Of a stretch of 64,000 nt of DNA, positions 25,045 through 37,728 are shown in pieces. Source of the DNA: Chiloscyllium plagiosum (lineage: Eukaryota); assembly GCF_004010195.1 (NCBI RefSeq), contig NC_057718.1, forward strand, positions 74,382,210 to 74,446,209, in the 5' to 3' direction. The position numbers and the translations under genes are program-made. Position 1 is the first letter of the stretch. The number at the start of each line of letters is the position of its first letter. The notes below the pieces were generated by a model, which worked only from the letters and a program-made list of their open reading frames with translations, was not told the DNA's origin and did not search any database.

Positions 25045-25659
25045 GGGATTATGGGATTGATATTAAAAAAACCTTCAGAGTTTATGATGTGTAGAATTGT
25101 TTTACAATAGGTCCTGAACAATTTAAAGATAAAAATAAAACTTGACAAAGTTGAGTTTTGCAGCAAAAATATGGAACCTAATGTCTTATCTTTGAAAGTT
25201 GTGGCAATTGACATGTGGCCCCTGAGTGACATGTATTGCTTCTTGACCTATCTGCAGCTTTTGACATGGTTGTCTATGCCATTGTTCTTCAGAGCTTTTG
25301 ACTATTGTTCAGCTGAATAGGACTGCACTCAAATGTTGATCCTTATCTACCTAATTGTAGCAAAAGTACCATTTGAATGGCTTCACTTCTTGCTATCATA
25401 CCATTCCCTCTCGTGATCTCCAAGAATTTATAAATGATGCCCCTCTACCTACAAGCAATCCATAATCAGTCCCTTGATAACATCATTTGAAATCAATTTT
25501 CATATATGTTTTACATCACGATCATCTCTTTTGATTGCTTTATTATTGCTAAATTATCAGACGACTTACTGAACATCTAGTATTGGACCAGCAGAATTTT
25601 GTTTTAAATAAATATTGAGAAAACTATTCTTTTTAACCCCAGTCCAAACATTATTCCCT

Positions 25660-26400
25660 AATAATTGACACATCTCTCTGAAAAACTGTCTGAGACTAAA
25701 TTAGATTCTTCGCAACTTTGCTGTCAGATTTTTCTCTGAGATGAGTTTCCCCAGATATCTGAGAACATGAGACTGTCTATTTGCAACTCAAGATTATTGC
25801 TTAATTTCACTCCTGTCTCCATGCTGAAACCTTCTTCATGGCTTGTTAATCTTTAGACTTGATTCTCACACACGTCTATCAGGTCTCTCACATTCTAAAC
25901 TTGATAAGCTGCCGATCATCAAAAACTGTACTAACTATGTCTTAACTCATACCAAATCCCATTCACCTTTACTCACTGGTCTATATTCGCTCTCAGTCAA
26001 AAAAAAACACCCTGATATTAAAATTCTAATCCTCGTTTTAAAAATTCTTCCAAGGCCTCTTCTTCTTTATCTCTAACATTCACCAATCTCACAATTGTCC
26101 AAGATATCAGTGCTCATCCTTAACTAGTTGAGCGGGCCCCAATTTTAATAATTCCACCATTGATGGCTGTGCTTTCAATTTCCTAAATCACAAACTCTGG
26201 AATGCCCTTCCTAAACTTTTCTATCTTTCTGTTTTCATTTTCGCCAGTAAGGCATTCCTTAAATCTATTAAAAATGGTTTTGTACAAGTCACCTATTCAT
26301 TCCTCATGTGTCGCAGTACCATAATTTGATTAACATTACCTTTTGGGAAGCCTCTTTGTTTTATGTTAAAGACAATGTATAAATAGTAACTGTTGTTATT
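25660..26400 (+). mobile_element. Old L2-like LINE 3' end
   Basis: gctgaaacc..tttagacttgatt.., attaaaattctaatcctcgtt, ctctggaatgcccttcct, tataaatagtaactgttgtt. Confidence 0.6.
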
Positions 26401-26456
26401 GTAGATAAGGAATATGGGAGGCAAAATACACTAATCCTTAACCATTTCATCAAAGA

Positions 26457-26782
26457 CATCATGGAATCCCTATACTGTAGAAACAGGCCATTCACTCCAT
26501 CAAGTCCACACCAACCCTCCAAAGGACATCTCACCCAGTCCCTGTAACCCTACACTTCCTATGGCTAATCCACCTAGTCCACACATTCGTGGACACTACA
26601 GGCAACGGAGCACGGCCAATCCACATAAACTGCATGTCTTTGGACTGTGGGGGAAAAAAAACAATAGAAACATGAAGAGAATTAACACACTCTACACAGA
26701 CAGCCAACTGAGGGTGGAATCAAACCTAGGTCTCTGGCAATGTGAGGTAGCAGTACTAACTACTGAGCCACTGTTTCACCCG
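26457..26782 (-). mobile_element. HE1-related SINE
   Basis: Same head and tail motifs as the other HE1-type copies, more diverged. Confidence 0.75.
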
Positions 26783-28439
26783 TGTTTGGTGAATGACACT
26801 TAAGAATGTAGGAAAAGATTTTTGTTATATTAGTTGCAGTTTAATTAAAGTTCCAATTTCAACATAACTTGTCTGATTTAAAGCTAGAAGTTAATTGGAA
26901 TTTCAAGATCCCTCAATTTAATTTTACAAGGTCAATATTTTGGATAATTTTGGACAAGTGTCTGCTTTGTAATTTCAAAGTGAACCACCCAAAATGTAAT
27001 CCAAGATTCTATTTTTTTGCTGCTGTCTGAATTTTGGAATTACAATTGAAATAGTAGTGGTTATGCAGCAGAACGTAGGAAATTGGAGAAAATCCATAAA
27101 CCCAGACACCTCTGACATCCCATGTTGATTGACTGATAAACTCGTTCAAATACTAAAAGCAAACATCAATTATATAATTTATCATTTATCATTTAATATC
27201 CAGATGGAGGGGGATGATTGTAGTTCAGTGTTGGAGTTCTACCTCTGACCTAAGAGGCCCAGGTTAAAGTCCCACCTATTTGAGAGGTGTCTTTAAAGAC
27301 GTCTCTGAACAGATTGATTGGGAAACATTTCAATGGAAGCCCCTCAGTGTCTCCTCATGGGAATGCCCCACTGTATCCTTCCACCTGCATGGAGGGGTGT
27401 CCGGTACAGGCTGCAGCTGTACACCTGCTCTACTTTCTCTTTATCGTCTGGCTGGACACACCTCAGCATTCCATTTAACTGCCAGGTGGCAGGGGTCCCT
27501 AGTGAGGGTTCTTTGCATGGGATTCCTCCCACTTTCCATTGGGGATCTGGAGAGTAGGGTATTAAACACAGCAGCCATGTGCAACCACAGTGGTTCATGG
27601 ACTCCCATGCACTTGTGGCACCATGGTAGTATCCAGATCTCTGGACCAGGATCGTTTCCCCTCTGCTTTGGAGGTGTGTACTAACACCATAGAATTGAAT
27701 AGAGTACCTCTAAACAGCTTGATTAGAAAATAAAGTTAATTCTAATAAATAGTCAATTAATCAGATCAATGGGTCAAATGAAAAATTAAATTAGAAAAGG
27801 AAACTAAAATTAAAGATATTAAATAATTAGACTTAAATAAGGTATTTGTATTAACTTTTAATAGCAGATAGTGTTAGCACAATGTTATGATAGCACAAGA
27901 GTAACAGTTGCCTAATGATGGCCTGTTAAGTCTTGTCTTATTCATTCAAGGGATGCCAACATCGATGGTTAAGCTAGTATTTATTGTCCATCCCAATTGT
28001 TCTGTATAAAACGGCTGTGAGTTGTATCCTTGAACCAGTGATTGTAGAAACACCCACGGTGGTGTTAGCAATGGAATTCCAGGGTTATAACTTAGTGACA
28101 GTGAAGGAATAATAAAATAGTTCCAGTTGGATGACATGTGACTTGGAGTGGATTCAATTAGTAGAAAGTCTTATGTCAAATAATTGGCAAGGACGGCAGC
28201 TTGGACACATGGAATGTATGTCTTGTTCTATTTGTAATCTCCAGGACTTTTTTTTGTGCCCAAATAAACATGTGTATGAAAGTCAAGTGTCATTGCAGCA
28301 CATCTTTGGGAGTATGCTTTGTTGACCCTCCACACAGATGAAGGGTTCCACCCCACCTTGTGCAACTGAGCTGTTCTGGTTTAATGGACTTGTCTAGTTT
28401 CATTCCCTCAAGGAATTATCATTCTCATCCTTACTCAGA

Positions 28440-29100
28440 ACTAGATACAGGTATGAGAATGAGATGCACGCACAGAATTTTGGCTATGTCTGCTTGACAG
28501 TTAGAAAGAACCAGTCAGAGTACTATAGGAGGAGAGAACAAATTAATGCATGGGTGAAGAGATGGTGTAGTGGGGAGATCTTTAAATTCCTGCAATGTTG
28601 TGGACCATTTTAGGGGAGTTGGGACCTGTACAGAGCAGATGGATTGCACTTGAACAGAGCCAGAGCTATTGCCTTGTGGGGCAATTTCTAATATTATTGG
28701 GGAGGGTTTATACAAACATAGCTGGGATGTGAAGACCAGGAAATGTCAATAACAGAAAGCAAGGTGCACTGAGACTTGAGATTGGTAGATAGTATGACCG
28801 TAGGAAATGGTAAGGAATTTGATAGGGTCAGAATAAGATGGAATGAAATAAAGTCTAAATTAAATTTACTGTGCATTCATGTAAATGTGTAAAGTGTAGT
28901 AAATAAGGTTATTGAATGCTCATGCAAGTAGCTATATGATATTGTGATAATAATGTAGATCAGTTCAAAAAAGAGCAGGACAGAGTATCATTTTATGAAT
29001 ATATGAAATTCAAAAAAGTTTAGTAAGTTTGCAGTACTGCTTTAGAATAATACCTATATTACAGTACTAGAGTGTGATGATATCCTAGAAGACAGAATAT
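28440..29100 (+). mobile_element. Highly degraded CR1 ORF1/ORF2 junction fragment
   Basis: gggacctgtacagagcagatggattgcacttgaac (DLY..DGLHLN esterase motif) followed by an APE start. Confidence 0.6.
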
Positions 29101-29892
29101 ATTTGATTAGACTGAAGAAACCATTGAGCTTTTATTATACGAATGGATGCATTTTATAGGTTGCTGTTGAGTGAAAAAAGCATAGAAAAACAAACTTGCA
29201 AGAAAATTACACAGTAATGAAAGAATTGTGTGGTGGGTTAATAGGGAGAGTTTGTTTTTCCTGATGCAGACTTGAATAGTGAGTGTGGAAAGAATAGAGT
29301 GGGAAGAATTTATCATGTTGTGACAAAGCAATTGCTACTGTGGGAACTTCTGGGACTTTAATATTGTAATAACTTTTCCTGCTGAGAGAGGCCCCTTGCA
29401 CATGTCCGAAACTGATGCCCTCTCTGCTGAGTAGGCTGACCCAGGTAAATGCATGAGATACATATTTGTTCGACCTGTTATTTTATGTAAAGTTTATAAT
29501 TTATATCGATCATATACAGTTGCCTGTTAATTTGTGTTTTCATTTGATTGTTAAAGCAAAATTTATAAAAAGGTGAAATCTTTTTTCACTGCACTTCTAT
29601 GGTAATTTCAATTTCTTTGATTCGTTAATCTCCACAGGGAACATAGCAAGCAGGCAAAATATAATGAGGATGCTGGGAGTCTTTGCCATTGGCTTGAAAG
29701 CCAGTAAAAGCTCTGTATTGCTACTTTTTGGGAAGGCCCTCCACATTACTTTCCACTTAAGGATTTGATAGGTCAGGGCAGGATTTTCCCAAAGGACGGA
29801 AGTCTTGTCTACCTCAGGAATTCCTTTGAATAGCAGCACTACCGGTTGTTTGTATGACACTGTAAGGTTTGATAGAGCAAGGTAATATTAGA

Positions 29893-31160
29893 TTAAACAT
29901 GGAACATTCTTTGTTCCAGTCCTACTTGACTCCCTCCCCACATACCTTTCTCTGGTATGTTGATGACGTCATTGGTGTTGCTTCTTGCTCTCGTCTGGAA
30001 TTGGAAACATTTGTCAATTTTGCGTCCAATTTCCATCCCGGTCCATCTCTGACTCATCCCTTCATTTCTTGGCATCTCTGTTTCTACTCCTGGAGATAGG
30101 CTGGCCAAGAATATCCATTAAAAACCCACCAACTCCCACAGTTATCTGTACATTCTCACACCCTGCTTCCTATAAGGTCTTCATTACATTCTTTCAGTTT
30201 CTCAGTTTCTCAGTTTTACTGCTATTCTGATGTTGCCATTTTCCATAATGGGGTATCAGTCATTTCAGCTTTTTGCTCAAATAAAGATTCCCTGCACCAT
30301 GGTTGCCAGTGCCCTCAGCTGCGTCTGACCCATTTCCTCCAATTTTGCCCTCATCCCTTCCCTTCCCTCCCACAATAACAATAGGAATCCCTTTGTCCTC
30401 AGTTTCCACATCACCATCCTTTACATCCAAAGGATCTTAAGCTGCCATTTCTGTTACCTCCAGTGAGGTGCCACTACCAGACATATACTCCACTTGTCAG
30501 CATTCTACAGGAAGTGGTTCCTCCAGGACCTCCTGGTCCACTCCTCCTCCACTCCAAACACTACAGGCACAGTTTCCAGATGAAGTCGCAATTTACCTAC
30601 ACCTAATTTATTCTAGACTACTATATTCACTCCTCACAGTATGGTCTCCTCCATAGTGAGGAAATGAAATACAGGTTGGGTGATAATTCTGTAGGGACCA
30701 CCTACGTTCTTTTGATTCCAAGGTTCTAGTTACCTACTACACTAACACACCACCACATTCCTATGCCAACATTTCTGTGACAGGCCTGCTGTAGTATTCC
30801 AGTGAAGTTCAATGCAGGTTGGAGGAACAACAACTGATTTTCCCCCTAGGTACCTTACAGCCCTCAGGATTCAACATTGAGTTTAACAAATTCAGAGCAC
30901 AAACACTTTCCTCCATGTTCATTACCTTTTCCCACACTCTCAGATCCTGTTCTCTACTTTCAAAATATTCACACTTCCTGTTAGCTCTTATTCAGCATTT
31001 ATCTCTCACTTGGCTAAACATCAACAATCTTTTCATTTGCCTCTCTTTTTCTCCTCTCTCGGCACCATCACCTATTCCACTCAATACTTCCCATTCATCC
31101 TCAGCTCCAGCCCCCCACCAAAATTTCCCATCATAAGGATAAATATCATTTCCCAGCTGC
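29893..31160 (+). mobile_element. Old degraded Penelope (Neptune) RT and GIY-YIG fragment
   Basis: MEHSLFQSY..FLWYVDDVIG..FVNFASNFHP; EEQQLIFPLGTLQPSGFNIEFN. Confidence 0.8.
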
Positions 31161-31172
31161 TTTCAGGTCTGA

Positions 31173-31348
31173 CAGCATCCGAGGAGCAGGAGAATTGATG
31201 CTTTGGGCATAAGCCCTTCATCAGGAATCAAGCTTATGCCCGAAAAATTGATTCTCCTGCTCCACGGATGCTGCCTGACCTGCTGTGCTTTCCTAGCAAC
31301 ATACTCTCGACTCTGATCTCCAGCATCTACAGTCCTCACTTTCTCCTG
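31173..31348. mobile_element. Short fold-back Penelope pLTR insertion
   Basis: Inverted plus forward pLTR halves; TSD TTTCAGGTCTGA at 31161-31172 and 31349-31360. Confidence 0.8.
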
Positions 31349-31368
31349 TTTCAGGTCTGATCATGGTT

Positions 31369-31453
31369 GAAAAGTGTGGTGCTGGAAAAGCGCAGCAGGC
31401 CAGGCAGCATCGGAGGAGCAGGAGAATCGATGTTTCGGGCATAAGCCCTTCTT
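31369..31453 (-). mobile_element. Penelope pLTR fragment
   Basis: gctggaaaagcgcagcagg...tttcgggcataagcccttct; flanked by TCATGGTT repeats. Confidence 0.75.
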
Positions 31454-31614
31454 CATGGTTTACTGGACTGGGAACATTAATTATATTATTCTCTCTATAG
31501 ATGCTGTTATACTTGCTGAGTTTCTACAGCACTTTCTGTTTTTGTTTAGGTTTAAACAACATCATCATGTGATGCCAATGAGTCATGAAATTGTGAAACT
31601 TTGCTATGGTAAAA

Positions 31615-31825
31615 GGGTCAGTTAGCTCAGTTGCTTGGATGGCTAGTTTGCAGTGAAGAGTGATGCCAACAGCATGGGATCAATTCCCATCCTGGCTGTG
31701 ATTACCATGATAGTTCCACCTTGTCAAACCTTGCCCCTCACCTGAGATATGGTAACCCTCAGGTTAAGCCCACCACCTGTCATCTCTCTCTAATGAGGAA
31801 GTGGGACTATAGTGACTTGACCTTT
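31615..31825 (+). mobile_element. tRNA-derived SINE (second family)
   Basis: ttagctcagttg A-box and gggatcaattcccatc B-box-like motifs; a related copy lies on the - strand at 35020-35290. Confidence 0.6.
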
Positions 31826-32067
31826 TCATTTATTGGTGCTGGTAAAAAATACCAGGGGTAATTTGGTAATAGAAAAGAAATCAGTTATGTGTAAGAGCAC
31901 TTCTGGATATAGAAAACAAAAATTAATTAAGGGATCAGTTACTGCAGTAAGGAGTGATGATACCTTGGAAGAGGAATCAAATGAGGCTTTGTGAGTAGAG
32001 TTTAGGAATAAAAAGTGGTCAGTCTCACAGTTAGAAGTGCATAATAGGCCCCCAGTCAGCTGGCAAT

Positions 32068-32158
32068 TGAAGAAGGGCTTATGCCTGAAACGTCGATTCT
32101 CCTGCTCCTTGGATGCTGCCTGATCTGCTGCGCTTTTCCAGCAACACATTTTTCAGCT
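32068..32158 (+). mobile_element. Penelope pLTR 3' fragment inserted in an old CR1 APE fragment (about 31830-32212)
   Basis: tgaagaagggcttatgcctgaaacgtcgattctcc...cagcaacacatttt. Confidence 0.75.
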
Positions 32159-32212
32159 ATGAAGTGTGCAAAAACAATAAACGTGTGATATTATTAGGAG
32201 ATGTCAACTTCC

Positions 32213-33425
32213 CAGTCACAGAGCTGTACAGAAAAAGGCCTTTTCGCTCATAGAGTCTGTGTCAGTTAAAACAGCCACTTAATTATTCTAATCCCATTTT
32301 CACATACGCAGCCCATGGCCTTGCCTGCCTTGGCATCACAAGTGTATGTCTAAACTGTTTCTCAAATGTTATAAGATTTTCTGTTTCACACCCTTACAGA
32401 CAGTAAGTTCCAGATTCCCATCACCTTCTGGTTAAAAACAAAATTCCTTATGACCCTATAAACCTTCTGCCTCGTATCTGAAATCTATAGCCACTGGTCG
32501 TTTATCCCGCCATCAAGAGGAACAGTTTCTTCCTGTCTACCCTGTCTGTGCCCATCATCATTTTATATATTTCAATCATGTCCTCCCTCAGTCTTCTCAG
32601 CTTCAAGGAAACAACCCCAGTCTATCCAATCTGTCTTAATAACTAAAACTCTTCAGTTCAGGCAACATCCTGGTAAATCTTCTCAGCACCCTCTGCAGTA
32701 CTATCACATCACCCTCTATTCTTCTACATTCCAACGAGTACAAGCCCAATCAATCCAGTCTTTCCTCATATGTCAGTCCTGCCATCCCGGAAATCAGTCT
32801 GATGAACCTTCGCTGGATTCCCTCAATACAAGAATGTCCTTCCTCAGATTGGGAGACCAAAACTGCACACAATACTCAAGGTGGGGCCTCACATGTATAA
32901 CTGCAGCAAGACATCCTTACTCTGATACTCAAATCCTCTCACTATGTAAGCCAGCATGTCATTAGCTTTTCTCACTGCCTGCTTCACCTGCATGGCAACC
33001 GTCAGCGACTGATCCACCATGACACCCAGGTCTCATTGAACCTCACCTTTTCCTAACCTGCCACCGTTCAGATTATAATCTGCCTTCCAGTTTTTATGAC
33101 CAAAGTGGATAACATCACAATAATCCACATTATATTGTGTTTGTCAACTATTTGCTCACTTAACCAGTCTGTCAGTCACTCCGCAGCCTCTTAGCATCCT
33201 CCTCACAGCACATAATGCCACCCAGCTTAGTGTCATCTGGAAACTTAAAGATATTGCATTCAATTCCTTCATCTAAATTGTTAATGTATATTGTGACCAG
33301 CTGGGGTCCCAACGTTGAACCCTACAAGCACCCCACTCATCATTGCCTGCTACTCTGAAAGGACCCACTTATTTTCAACTGCTTCCTGTCTACCAACCAG
33401 TACTCTATCCATGCTGTGACTACTT
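32213..33425 (-). mobile_element. Two abutting degraded CR1 ORF2 3' fragments
   Basis: CR1 3' UTR at 32.2 kb, ggcaacatcctggtaaatct and gaccaaaactgcacacaatactc motifs. Confidence 0.75.
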
Positions 33426-33624
33426 GCCATGAAGTTAGTTCATTTAACATCAGATAACGAGGCGCACAGCAGCACGATAAGTACAAATGAGGCAAGTTTG
33501 AGATGATTGCATACGAAAATATACGAGGCCTCACATTGATCAATCAAGGTGATACTTCATTAAAAACTGGTAAGACTTACCCCATTTTCTCTTGGTATTC
33601 CTTAGGTTGACTCTATGACTCTCT

Positions 33625-34488
33625 TAGAGTCATAGAGTCATAGAGATGTACAGCATGGAAACAGACCCTTCGGTCCAACCCGTCCACGCCGACCTGATAT
33701 CCCAACCCAATCTAGTCCCACCTGCCAGCACCCGGCCCATATCCCTCCAAACCCTTCCTATTCATATACCTATCCAAATGCCTCTTAAATGTTGCAATTG
33801 TACCAGCTTCCACCACATCCTCTGGCAGCTTATTCCATACATGTACCACCTTCTGCGTGAAAAAGTTGCCCGTTAGGTCTCTTTTATATCTTTCCCCTCT
33901 CACCCTAAACTCATGCCCTCTAGTTCTGGACTCCCCGACCCCAGGGAAAGGACTTTGCCTATTTATCCTATCCATGCCCCTCATAATTTTGTAAACCTCT
34001 ATAAAGTCACCCCTCAGCCTCCGACGCTCCAGGGAAAACAGCCCCAGCTTGTTCAGCCTCTCCCTGTAGCTCAAATCCTCTAACCCTGGCAACATCCTTG
34101 TAAATCTTTTCTGAACCCTTTCAAGTTTCACAACATTTTTCTGATAGGAAGGAGACCAGAATTGCACGCAATATTCCAACAGTGGCCTAACCAATGTGCT
34201 GTACAGCTGCAATATGACCTCCCAACTCCTGATCTCAACACTCTGACCAATAAAGGAAAGCATACCAAATGCATTCTTCACTATCCTGTCTACCTGCGAC
34301 TCCACTTTCAAGGAGCTATGAACCTGCACTCCAAGGTCTCTTTGTTCAGCAACACTCCCTAGGACCTTTCCATTAAGTGTATAAGTTCTGCTAAGATTTG
34401 CTTTCCTAAAATGCAGCACCTCGCATTTATCTGAATTAAACTCCATCTGCCACTTCTCAGCCCATTGGCCCATCTGGTCCAGATCCTG
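33625..34488 (-). mobile_element. 5'-truncated CR1 LINE (CR1-C family), open RT C-terminus
   Basis: ORF 33712..34506 ([26 protein letters not shown]); (CTATGACT)n tail. Confidence 0.95.
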
Positions 34489-35019
34489 TTGTTTGTTCAA
34501 TGTCATTGAAGATTGTGCATTTTCACACCTTTTGAGGGTTCAATAGACAATCATGCAATCCTTAACCATTCTGTGGTTGCCTCCTAAGATAACAAAGTTT
34601 GTCTATTTTGACTGCAATTGAATCCATCAGAAATGTAATGTGGTCTCTGGGAATCAGTTTGTAAGATGCATTGACAGATTAGCTTCCTTACAAAATATAG
34701 AACATTTTAATTATACATTTGTCATAAATGCCTCTGTTCTATTCTTCACATTTCTCCATCTCTGTCACATTGATTCAGGCGTTACAGTCATCCATACTTG
34801 TGTTTCTGAAGGATTGATGTTGTCCTCAGCCATGGATTCCAACCCTAGATTATGGTCGAGAACACCTTCTCCCATAATCAATCTATTTCATGCACTTTTG
34901 TTCTCACCAATTCCACTCCTTCCATCCCTGAACCAACTTATGCTCACCTTAACCTCACTAACCACCATATTCAATGGATTACCTTCCAGCGTTTTTGCCA
35001 CTTCCACTAAAAAGGTCAA

Positions 35020-35290
35020 TGTAAAGTTGCTGTAGCCTCAGAGGACCATAAGGCTGCTCTATAATCAGAGAGAGACAACTGATAGTGAGTTTAACCTGAG
35101 AGTCACTACGCCTCAGATGAGGAACAAGGTTGAAAAAGTGTTGATCTCAACTGGCATTGGAAATGACAAAAGTGCGGATATTATCAATATGTCTAGTAAT
35201 GTTTTTGATAAGATCAGTGACCTCCATAATGCATTTTCCTCACACCACACTGCAAACTAGCCATTCAGACAACTGAGCTAACTGATCTTC
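35020..35290 (-). mobile_element. tRNA-derived SINE carrying a 77-bp retroviral env insert (35164-35240)
   Basis: Reverse complement of the 31615 family; the internal piece matches env 36805-36881. Confidence 0.65.
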
Positions 35291-35549
35291 CCTTGCCCTT
35301 TCTTCCAACATTCCAAATGCACCACTTCCTTTGTAACAGCCTAGTCTGATCTTTAGTCAATTGCAATACCTTTCCATGCATGTACAGAAGATGTAACACT
35401 AACTCTTTAATCACTCTTTTTTGCACAATCGAAAGCCCCAAACATTCCTTCCAACTGAATTTGTGTTTTACATGTACATACTACAATTGCAGTATATCGT
35501 ATAATGAATTTATGACTCATGATGTGAGTGTCCACTGTAATAGAGGTTC

Positions 35550-36143
35550 TGAAGATTTATGACCCCTCAAGAGGGGCCTCTTAGTTCAGGATCAGTCAAA
35601 AGAATCAACGGAATGCGGTCTGTACAAAAGCAAGGGTCATTAGTTTATTGAATTAAGGCACCTTGATGTGATTCTGTCCAGCAACACAGAGATTAAAGCT
35701 TCTGTGTTCCATGATGAAGTTGAGCAATTACATTCAAAAATTACACAGTATTTATATGTTTTTAAGAGGTAGTACAGCCTTAATTACAAGAAAAGACCAA
35801 TCACATATAATAAGGTGACATGATTGACAAAAGGCTAATCCAATGATATTCCCTGGGAAAGAAATCTTATTTAGGTAAATCATCATGCCATGGTAGCAGT
35901 TCAAGGTTATTTTGAATGGTCAATTAATGTGTCAGTATTCATTTTATGAAAATTCCATTGTCTTCTTATTTTTAGATTTCAGCTTAATTCTGCAAAACAG
36001 CAGTACAAGTTCACAGGGTTCAATCACTATTCTCAGCCATTTTGTTGTATTCTTTTAAATGGAAAAGCCATCTTGTGGTTAGTAAAAATCTACATATACT
36101 TGTTGTTTCTAACAACAATCTAAATTCAAATTTTAGATCCTCA
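35550..36143 (-). repeat. 3' LTR of ERV-2
   Basis: On the - strand starts TGAGGATCT and ends AAATCTTCA (imperfect terminal inverted repeat); preceded by PPT AAAGGGGGGAGA (36144-36155); TATA-like box near 35750, AATAAA near 35644. Confidence 0.8.
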
Positions 36144-36269
36144 TCTCCCCCCTTTGGTCATTCCATGACCATGTCATAAAGGCATGGATCAAATTATTCC
36201 AATTCGATGGCAGCAAAAAACAACCATACTTTCTCTTTTTCCGAAGAGGAACTGAGGGCAGGCAATGGT

Positions 36270-36588
36270 TTAGATTAGATTAGATTACTTACAGTGTGGA
36301 AACAGGCCCGTCGGCCCAACAAGTCCACACCGACCCGCCGAAGCGCAACCCACCCATACCCCTACATTTACCCCTTACCTAACACTACGGGCAATTTAGC
36401 ATGGCCAATTCACCTGACCTGCACATCTTTGGACTGTGGGAGGAAACCGGAGCACCCGGAGAAAACCCACGCAGACATGGGGAGAACGTGCAAACTCCAC
36501 ACAGTCAGTCGCCTGAGGCGGGAATTGAACCCGGGTCTCTGACGCTGCGAGGCAGCAGTGCTAACCACTGTACCACCGTGCCACCGTG
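36270..36588 (-). mobile_element. HE1-type SINE inserted between ERV-2 env and its PPT
   Basis: Young CpG-rich copy with (TCTAA)n tail. Confidence 0.9.
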
Positions 36589-36625
36589 GTGTTTCTTCAT
36601 CTTCATCTAAGTGGAGAAGAATTTT

Positions 36626-37728
36626 CTAGGTGGAACCAATATTGTCAATAGAAGTTAATATTTTAGCAATAATACACTTAACTATAGCAATACCAACAAA
36701 AAGACCAATTAAAACAATAGCACCATACATAGCCATATTAATTAGCCATTTGTACCATAAGCCAAAACCCCAATCTCCCCATCCCACACCTTCATTCATT
36801 TGGTTGACAAAAGTGCGGATATTATCAATATGTCTAGCAATGTTTTCGATAAAATCAGTGACCTTCATAATGCATGTTCCTTTAATTATAGCACAAACTC
36901 CACCTTCCTTCACAACTATGTAATCGAGGGCATAGCGGTTTTGTTGGGAAAATAGGCGTAATTCTGAAAGCATGTCCCAAATTTTTATTAAGGCAGCAGT
37001 TGTCTCATTTCCCAAAATCGTGAATCTGCAAATGAGATAATTATGGTTTTGGTGACTAATAATTCCTGAAGACCCTCCTACGGAAAGAACACTAAGAGCT
37101 GCATATGCCAATGAGTGAGTTTTACTTTTTGATAGAACCTTTGGATTCTTCCATTCTGCACAAAAATCAGGAGAAACTGAACGTTTAACAGGAGAATTCG
37201 TTGCCAGGTAATTGGACAGGGAACTAGTTGGAAATAGTGTTCCTCCAGCTACAGCATGAGGAGTACTTGCTGTATTCAGGACAAGGTGGTTAGATGCCTT
37301 ATTATAACTGAAAAAAAAATCCAGGTTTAGTATAGATAATGGAGGGACCTTCCCAACAAGAAACAGACCTATCTTTGTGACTTCCTGGAGTACCTGGGTA
37401 ATCCATGATTACATAGTTTGGTCCTGAACGTAAAGGCTGAAAATTATTTAGTCCAATGAGGTGGTTCTCTTGATAAGAGACGTGGTCGACATCCCAGAAT
37501 GGTTCTATCCATCCAGTAATTGGGAAAATATTAGTGCCATTAGGGGTATCATAATGAAGGTGGGTGTTGTTACCCACCCCACAAAAGGTTTGAATACCAG
37601 TGGTAATAGAGACACATTCCTCCTTCAGGCATACGCATGAGATGCGAAGTCCTTCAGGGAAGCAATGATGACTGATACATTTTATCGTAGCACAGGGGAT
37701 AATTTTAGGCACTTTTACATAAGTGCAC
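36626..37728 (-). pseudogene. env: ERV-2 env, 5'-truncated: C-terminal SU plus complete TM with filovirus/ASLV-type internal fusion loop
   Basis: SU frame 37302-37728, frameshift in a T9 run near 37311, then open frame through PVKR|SVSPDFC...LIC..NETT..ELRLFSQQNRYALDY..GGVCAIIKGTC and a membrane anchor to the stop at 36626. Confidence 0.9.

Noticed and set aside
33430..33625. CpG-rich unique patch with a GTAAG donor and a palindromic CR1 tail junction
   Set aside because: Stops in all frames after the putative acceptor; too little evidence to call an exon or a transduction
37311..37319. Homopolymer frameshift as an Ebola-like sGP/GP editing site
   Set aside because: The run is U in the sense strand whereas Ebola mRNA has an A run, and editing needs the viral L polymerase; simple slippage or sequencing error is more likely
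36626..37728. Endogenous filovirus element
   Set aside because: It is followed by a retroviral PPT and LTR, and no NP, VP35 or L sequence is seen
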